Assembly (NCBI GenBank): GCA_030447385.1
Contig: JAUJOY010000002.1
Coordinates: 578,081 to 642,080, forward strand
Direction of reading: 5' to 3'
DNA: 64,000 nucleotides
Source: Mycobacteriales bacterium
Lineage (GTDB): Bacteria; Actinomycetota; Actinomycetes; Mycobacteriales; SCTD01
Part shown: positions 58,454 through 64,000 of the stretch, piece after piece
How positions within the stretch are numbered: position 1 is the first letter of the stretch
Layout: every line of letters begins with the position of its first letter
Position numbers and translations under genes: made by a program
Notes under the pieces: generated by a model
Told to the model about the DNA's origin: nothing
The model's input: only the letters and a program-made list of their open reading frames with translations
Database searches by the model: none

Positions 58454-59226
58454 AGATCGTCGTCACCGGGAAGGGAGGCGCCGGCAAGACCACGATCTCC
58501 GGCGCGCTCGCCCGGCTGCTCGCTCGCGGTGGCCATCGCGTCGTCGCGCTCGACTGCGACCCGAGCCCGGGGCTCGGCATTTCCCTGGGGCTCGGTCCGG
58601 AGGCGACCGAGGCCGCGCCTGCCGTCCTGAACAGCCTCGTCGCCCTGGGGCACACCCACAACGACCCGGACCCGGACCCGGAGGACCTGCTCACCCGGTT
58701 CGGGGTCGACGGCCCGGACGGGGTGCGCCTGCTCGTGGGTGGCAAGGTGGAGCAGCTCGCAGGGGCGTGCGTCTGCTGTGGCTCGCACAGCACGACCCGC
58801 AAGCTGTTCAGCAACCTGCCGCATGAAGGCCGGGTGGTGCTGGCCGACCTGGAGGCCGGGCTGAACGACCTGATCTGGGCCTCACCGAAGGCCGACGACA
58901 TCGTGATCGCCCTGGCCGAGCCGAGCGCCAAGGGCTTCGAGATCGCTCGCCGCGCCTGCGAGCTGGCGGAGACGATGGGGGTCGGTCAGCGCATCGTCGT
59001 GGCCAACCGGGCCAACGGGGCTGACGTGGAGACGCTGTCCGAGCTCACCGGGCTGGCCGCCGTGGCCGTCCCGGACGATCCCGCCGTCGCGCAGGCCGAC
59101 CGCGAGGGGCTGGCCCCGATCGACGTCGACCCGCAGTCGCCGGCGCTGCTCGCCATCGCCTCCCTGGCTGAGCAGCTGGGGCTCGTGCCGGCGCTGGCGG
59201 CAGCGCAGCCCGAACGACGAGGGTGA
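58450..59226 (+). CDS. CooC/MinD-type P-loop ATPase with C-x-C-C motif
   Basis: ATGA overlap; VTGKGGAGKTT, GACVCCGSHS, LADLEAGLNDL. Confidence 0.7.
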   Translation: MKIVVTGKGGAGKTTISGALARLLARGGHRVVALDCDPSPGLGISLGLGPEATEAAPAVLNSLVALGHTHNDPDPDPEDLLTRFGVDGPDGVRLLVGGKVEQLAGACVCCGSHSTTRKLFSNLPHEGRVVLADLEAGLNDLIWASPKADDIVIALAEPSAKGFEIARRACELAETMGVGQRIVVANRANGADVETLSELTGLAAVAVPDDPAVAQADREGLAPIDVDPQSPALLAIASLAEQLGLVPALAAAQPERRG

Positions 59227-60920
59227 CCCTCACCGGTCCGGCGAGCGGCCGGCTCCCTGCCAGGACCGGCAGCATCACGTTCCCCCACGCGGCGGCCTTC
59301 TGGCTCGGGACCGCCGCGGTAACGGTGGGCGTGCTGCTGCATCTGCCCATGTACCTCAGCGGCAGCGACATGGGCTACCTGCTCGTGGGGATGCCGATCG
59401 ACCGGCCGATGATGGCGGGGATGGCGCTGATCGTCGCGGGGCTGGCCGCCACCGCGTACGGCCTGCTGCCGCCGTTGTCACGCCAGCGACCCGAGGCGGC
59501 GTTCCTGCGGGTGAAGACCCTCGACGACGCCGCGCTCTCCCGGGCCCACCTCGGCCTGCTGCTGGTGCTCGCGGCCGCGGTCACCATCGATGTCATGAAG
59601 CCGGTGACGCTCGGCTTCGTGGTCCCGGGCATGGGCAAGGAGTACGGCCTGCAGTCGGCGCTGAACCCGACGGGAGGTCTCCCGGTAGCGCTCCTGCCCC
59701 TGGCCGGGATCACGGGCACGGTGCTGGGCTCCCTGGTGTGGGGCTGGCTCGGCGACCGGATCGGCCGTCGACCCGCCATCCTGCTGGCCGGGATCATCTT
59801 CATCGCGACGTCCATCTGCGGGTCGATGCCGAGCTTCAGCCTGAACCTGCTCATGTGCTTCATCATGGGGCTCGGCGCCGGCGGCATGCTGCCGATCACC
59901 TTCGCGCTGATGGCAGAGGCTGTCCCCGCGCGACATCGCGGCTGGCTGATGGTGCTCATCGGCGGGGATGTCGCGGGTGCCTACATCCTCGTGAGCTGGC
60001 TGGCGGCCGAGCTCACCCCGACCTACTCGTGGCGGATCCTGTGGCTCCTCGGGCTTCCCACGGGCGTGCTGCTGCTCCTGCTCAACCGGTGGATCCCGGA
60101 GTCTCCCCGCTACCTCATCCAGAACGGACGTGACGCCGAGGCGCGCGCCGTGCTGTCCCGCTACGGCGCCACCGTGGTGGTGGAGCAGCACCACGAGCTC
60201 ACGGTCGAGGAAGGCGTGCGCAGCGGCTGGGGGCAGCTCTTCGCAAAGCCCTTCGGGGGACTGGCCCTCGTCGTCGGCCTCTTCGGTCTGGGCGTCGGGT
60301 TGGTCACCTTCGGCTTTCAGCTGTGGATCCCGTCCAACCTGCAGAAGCTGGGTTTCTCAGAGGTCACCTCGGCCACCATCCTTCGTGACTCGGCCCTGCT
60401 CGGACTGCCCGCCACCTTCGTCATCGCCTGGCTCTACGGGTTCTGGAGCAGCCGGAAGACGATGATCCTGCTTGCCCTCGTCACAGCAGGTTCCCTGCTC
60501 TGCTTCGTCGTCCTCGGCGACGCCGTGGTGGAGAACCGGACACGGCTCTACCTGCTGCTGATCCTGCCGATCACCGGGATCAGCTCCATCCTCGCGGTGC
60601 TCCTGGCGTACGCCTCGGAGAGCTTTCCGACCCGGGTGCGCTCGCGCGGCGCGGGCCTCGCGGCAGGGGCCAGCAAGCTGGGCGGCGTGGGTGTCATCGC
60701 CCTGGTGGTGGCGGGCACAGCGCCTCCCTCGATCGCCAGCACGGCTCTGCTGGGGGCGGTCCCGCTGCTGCTCGCTGCACTGGCCATGGCGGTGTACGGC
60801 GTGGAGACGCACCGGCGCCGGCTCGAGGACATCACCGCCGAGGAGCTGCGCCTTCACCGTGCGCCGGAAGGAAGATGGGTCGCCGCAGCGAGCCAGGGCG
60901 ACAGTGCCGAAAGCCCGTGA
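59223..60920 (+). CDS. MFS transporter with N-terminal extension
   Basis: GTGA overlap; GWLGDRIGRRPAIL (motif A). About 14 helices. Confidence 0.75.
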   Translation: MTLTGPASGRLPARTGSITFPHAAAFWLGTAAVTVGVLLHLPMYLSGSDMGYLLVGMPIDRPMMAGMALIVAGLAATAYGLLPPLSRQRPEAAFLRVKTLDDAALSRAHLGLLLVLAAAVTIDVMKPVTLGFVVPGMGKEYGLQSALNPTGGLPVALLPLAGITGTVLGSLVWGWLGDRIGRRPAILLAGIIFIATSICGSMPSFSLNLLMCFIMGLGAGGMLPITFALMAEAVPARHRGWLMVLIGGDVAGAYILVSWLAAELTPTYSWRILWLLGLPTGVLLLLLNRWIPESPRYLIQNGRDAEARAVLSRYGATVVVEQHHELTVEEGVRSGWGQLFAKPFGGLALVVGLFGLGVGLVTFGFQLWIPSNLQKLGFSEVTSATILRDSALLGLPATFVIAWLYGFWSSRKTMILLALVTAGSLLCFVVLGDAVVENRTRLYLLLILPITGISSILAVLLAYASESFPTRVRSRGAGLAAGASKLGGVGVIALVVAGTAPPSIASTALLGAVPLLLAALAMAVYGVETHRRRLEDITAEELRLHRAPEGRWVAAASQGDSAESP

Positions 60921-60932
60921 AATCATGCCGCT

Positions 60933-61898
60933 ATGTCCTCCCCGAACCGGATCGGCGGGACCGTGGACTCTGACCGGATGAGCGCCCCCGAGCTGGCGAA
61001 GGTGGCGCCGGCACCGGCCGCGCCGCCGTCGTCGCTGCGCCGCAACGTGCCGGCGGCCCTCGGCCTGCTCGGGCTGCTCGCGAGCGCCCTGATCGGCGGG
61101 AACGTCCTCGGGCTGCGTGAGCGCCTCCTGGGGTCGGAGACACCGGTTGAACGCCCCGCCGCGGTCAGTCGCGCCAGTGAAGCAGCGGGTGCCGTGCCCG
61201 CGGCCAGCGCACCGCCCACGCAGACCGTCCTGCGCTCCCAGCCCTGGTGGCAGCGCGTGACCACGCTGGAGGGCACCGGGTCGCAGCCCGCCGCCCCCTT
61301 CGCCGTCGGGTCCGATGCCATCCAGTGGCGGGTCGAATCGACGTGCCAGACCGGGCGCCTGCTCGCCCGTCTGCCCGGTGCTTCGCGTCCGGTGCTGGAC
61401 ACCGCCTGCCCGGCGACGCCGACCGGCTACGGCACCCGCAAGGGCAGCGTGATGCTCGACGTCACCGCGGACGGCCCGTGGCAGATGCGCGTGGACCAGC
61501 AGGTCGACGTCCCCCTGGTCGAGCCGCCGCTGCCGGCGATGACCGCGCCTGGCGCGGTGAAGGTGGCCACCGGGTCCGTCTACCGCGTGGACCAGGTGGG
61601 GATGGGGACGGCGACGGTCTACCGCCTGCCTGACGGCAGCCACGCCCTGCGGCTCGACGACTTCTTCGTCACGCCCAACACCGACCTGGAGCTCCAGCTG
61701 AGCCCCCTCGAGGCCCCGCGGACGACCGAGGAGGTGACCAACGCCCGGTCGGGCACCATCGCGGCGCTCGACGTGACGGCCGGCGCCATGAACTTTCCGG
61801 TGCCGCCGGAGATCGACCCCGCGAAGTTTCGCTCCCTGGTCATCTGGTGCGAGCTCACCCGCAACGCCTACGCCGCGGTGAGCCTGAAGCCGGTATGA
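60933..61898 (+). CDS. Membrane-anchored DM13 domain protein
   Basis: N-terminal TM helix. The C-terminal ...HALRLDDFFVTPNTDLELQL...FRSLVIWCELTRNAYAAVSL fits the DM13 pattern. Confidence 0.6.
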   Translation: MSSPNRIGGTVDSDRMSAPELAKVAPAPAAPPSSLRRNVPAALGLLGLLASALIGGNVLGLRERLLGSETPVERPAAVSRASEAAGAVPAASAPPTQTVLRSQPWWQRVTTLEGTGSQPAAPFAVGSDAIQWRVESTCQTGRLLARLPGASRPVLDTACPATPTGYGTRKGSVMLDVTADGPWQMRVDQQVDVPLVEPPLPAMTAPGAVKVATGSVYRVDQVGMGTATVYRLPDGSHALRLDDFFVTPNTDLELQLSPLEAPRTTEEVTNARSGTIAALDVTAGAMNFPVPPEIDPAKFRSLVIWCELTRNAYAAVSLKPV

Positions 61899-63043
61899 CC
61901 ACGACAGCGAGCATCACGTCCTCACCCCCCACTGGCCCCACCCTCACGTGGCGGGGCGAGGTCATCCCGGTCGTGCTGCCCTCGCCCCGCGATCCGCGGC
62001 TGAAGCTGTCCGCGGTCATCATGACGCTGCACGTGCTCGGTCAGACCCTGCTCGACTTCAAGGTCTCGATCGCCCAGATCGTGGTCACCATCGCCTTCTG
62101 CGCGCTCATCGAGGCAGCAGTCACGTTCCGCAACGCGCGCAGGCTCGTGTGGCCGGCGAGCGGAATCCTGACCGGCAGCAGCGTGGTCTTCATCCTTCGG
62201 GCCTCGGGCACCCAGCACGGCGACTGGTGGAGCCTGAACGGCATCGAGTTCTTCCTGCTGGCCGGGCTCATCGCACTGCTGTCCAAGCACCTCATCCGTC
62301 CGCAGGGCCGCCACCTGTTCAACCCGTCCAACGTCGGGATCGTGTGGTGCCTGCTCGTGATCGGCCCCAACCACGTCTTCGCGCAGTACCTGTGGTGGGG
62401 GCCGAACACGCTCGGCGTCGTCTTGGCGTACGCCGTCATCATCGCCGGGGCACTGTGGATCCTCAGGGCCGTGCGGATGATCCCGATGGCGGTCTCGTTC
62501 CTCGTCACGTTCGCCGTGCTGATCGGGATCCTCGCGGCGATGGGCAACAGCTTCATCGCCATCTGGCACGTCGGCCCGATCAGCGGGTTGTCCTACTGGG
62601 CCACCATCGCCCTCTCGCCCGAGACACTCGTCTTCGTCTTCTTCATGATGTCCGACCCGCAGACAGCGCCCAAGGCAGCCCGCGGACGGATCATCTACGG
62701 TGCCGCGACGGCCATGGTCGCTGCCGCGCTGATCTCCGTGCAGCCGGCTGAGTTCGGCATCAAGGTGGCTATTCTCAGCAGCCTGACCGTGGTGTGCGCG
62801 CTGGTCCCGCTGATCGAGGCAGCCGCGCGCCGCATGCAGGTGCCCGTGGTTGCGGGCGGAGCGGAGCGGCGTGCCGACGCGGTTCCGCTGGCCACCCGCT
62901 GGGCAGCGGCCGTCCGCCGCCCGGCCGTGCTGGCTGCGCTCATCATCGCCGTGGCTGCCCCGGTCGACACGGCCGTGCTGGCCGGCAACGAGCAGGTGAT
63001 CCTCATCGAGCGGGGGCAGGCCGGCCCGCTCAATGCGCAGTGA
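61895..63043 (+). CDS. RnfD/NqrB-superfamily-like polytopic membrane protein
   Basis: ATGA overlap; HLFNPSN and FFMMSDPQT strings resemble RnfD/NqrB conserved segments. Confidence 0.5.
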   Translation: MTTTASITSSPPTGPTLTWRGEVIPVVLPSPRDPRLKLSAVIMTLHVLGQTLLDFKVSIAQIVVTIAFCALIEAAVTFRNARRLVWPASGILTGSSVVFILRASGTQHGDWWSLNGIEFFLLAGLIALLSKHLIRPQGRHLFNPSNVGIVWCLLVIGPNHVFAQYLWWGPNTLGVVLAYAVIIAGALWILRAVRMIPMAVSFLVTFAVLIGILAAMGNSFIAIWHVGPISGLSYWATIALSPETLVFVFFMMSDPQTAPKAARGRIIYGAATAMVAAALISVQPAEFGIKVAILSSLTVVCALVPLIEAAARRMQVPVVAGGAERRADAVPLATRWAAAVRRPAVLAALIIAVAAPVDTAVLAGNEQVILIERGQAGPLNAQ

Positions 63044-63163
63044 CTTTCGGCTGGCCCGGACCGGATCGGGTAGGGCTGTGCCCGCAGAACCTACGGCCGC
63101 CCCGCACGTAATGCCGTCGTCCCTTCGTACCGAGTCCCTCCAGAAACCAAGGAGCTCCTTGAC

Positions 63164-63772
63164 ATGCGCCCCTCCCTGAACCGGGTCCGGACCTCCCGCA
63201 GCGCCGTGCTGGCCGCGGCTGCCCTCCTCGCGCTGACGCTGTCCGCCTGCGGAGGAGACGAGGGCAGCGGCGCGACCAGTGGTTCCAACAGCAGGAGCAC
63301 AGCGGTAGGAGCGGTCGACAAGCAGCACAACGACGCCGACATCGCCTTCGTGAAGGAGATGACGCCGCACCACGAGAGCGCGGTGGCGATGTCCGAGCTG
63401 GCGCGGGACCGGTCGGACAACCCGGCAGTCACGGCGCTCGCCACCCGGATCGCCGGTGCCCAGGAGCCGGAGATCGCGCAGATGCGGAAGATGGCCAAGG
63501 CATGGGGTGTGGATCTGGGAGCCGGCCACTCCAGCGGCTCGCACACGGGCATGGACATGACCGGCGCCACGACGCTGGAACCCCTGAAGGGGCCGGCCTT
63601 CGACCGCGCCTTCCTCACCGAGATGATCGCCCACCACGAGTCGGCGCTGCCGATGTCGAAGGCAGTGCTCGATCAGGGCGCCAACCCGCAGGCCAAGGTC
63701 CTGGCGCAGCAGATCGTCGCGACGCAGACCGCCGAGATCGCCGAGATGAAGCAGCTGCTCACGACGGTCTGA
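63164..63772 (+). CDS. DUF305 family lipoprotein (duplicated HH-motif four-helix unit)
   Basis: LSAC lipobox. D-x-x-F-x-x-M-x-x-HH-x-x-A occurs twice. Confidence 0.75.
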   Translation: MRPSLNRVRTSRSAVLAAAALLALTLSACGGDEGSGATSGSNSRSTAVGAVDKQHNDADIAFVKEMTPHHESAVAMSELARDRSDNPAVTALATRIAGAQEPEIAQMRKMAKAWGVDLGAGHSSGSHTGMDMTGATTLEPLKGPAFDRAFLTEMIAHHESALPMSKAVLDQGANPQAKVLAQQIVATQTAEIAEMKQLLTTV

Positions 63773-63956
63773 GCAGTCCGGGGGTCGGGCGCCCGGAAGG
63801 AGGAGCTGGCCGCCGAGCGCCGCGCTGCCCCTCCGGGAACGTCCCACGCTGCCGGACGTGGTTGGCTGACCGGGACCCCTGATCTGTCCACAGGAAGGCG
63901 ACCATGGCGACGACGCGGCAGCGCTGCCGGTCGCAGGCGCACGGCGGAACTGCCTG

Positions 63957-64000
63957 ATGGAGCGCCGGATCATGGGGATCGAGAACGAGTACGGCGTGAC
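63957..64000 (+). CDS. pafA: Pup-protein ligase PafA, first 14 codons only
   Basis: MERRIMGIENEYGV matches the PafA/Dop N-terminal signature, and Dop is already present at 33067. Confidence 0.7.
   Translation, partial: MERRIMGIENEYGV

Noticed and set aside
61922-63973. 683-aa minus-strand ORF opposite the RnfD-like and DUF305 genes
   Set aside because: Same reasoning. The plus-strand products have coherent TM, lipobox and motif structure, while the minus translation is low complexity.

Overview
High-GC (roughly 70%) actinobacterial chromosomal segment, read by eye from the sequence and the ORF track with no database searches. All family calls rest on recognised motifs and domain architecture. 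(1) 1-24 kb is a cell-envelope glycan locus. It holds a GH18-like hydrolase remnant, an ATP-grasp ligase, a metallophosphoesterase, a CapK-like adenylating enzyme, an SLT+LysM muramidase-like protein and a DUF4012 protein. A translationally coupled operon follows (oxidoreductase, aminotransferase, acetyltransferase, priming sugar transferase, Wzz-like, Wzy-like, GT4). The locus ends with two secreted beta-helix genes sharing a near-identical 1.94-kb 3' part, a decayed second CapK-like gene and a frameshifted MurJ-like flippase. (2) 24-38 kb is mostly housekeeping: an LPXTG mini-protein, class II aldolase, RecB-like nuclease, homogentisate dioxygenase-like and FAH-family enzymes, an M50 site-2 protease, TrmI, and the Pup-proteasome core (arc, dop, an antisense coiled-coil ORF, pup, prcB, prcA, FKBP lipoprotein). 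(3) 38-64 kb looks accessory and carries envelope, metal and redox genes. It contains a ChaB-like protein and a lipid head-group trio (GDPD, PAP2_C-like, UPF0104). Next come a DUF2231-Rieske protein and a CooC/MinD-type ATPase interrupted by an in-frame TGA. An operon follows of zinc-ribbon-TM-Kelch, FtsH and zinc-ribbon-TM-pseudo-hydrolase. After it lies a cluster of tail-anchored Ig-like surface proteins (two identical 663-bp gene copies plus a paralogue) with a metzincin, two BNR/Asp-box propellers and an orphan family-5 solute-binding lipoprotein. A tightly coupled operon of two more CooC/MinD-type ATPases, an MFS transporter, a DM13 protein and an RnfD/NqrB-like membrane protein comes next, then a DUF305 lipoprotein and the first codons of pafA. 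I recognised no rRNA, tRNA, CRISPR array, transposase or integrase. The best candidates for an undescribed system are the FtsH operon with paired zinc-ribbon membrane proteins (43.2-47.7 kb) and the CooC-pair/MFS/DM13/RnfD-like operon (57.6-63.0 kb). The two large near-identical direct repeats and the localised gene decay at 16-24 kb are the most striking structural signals.
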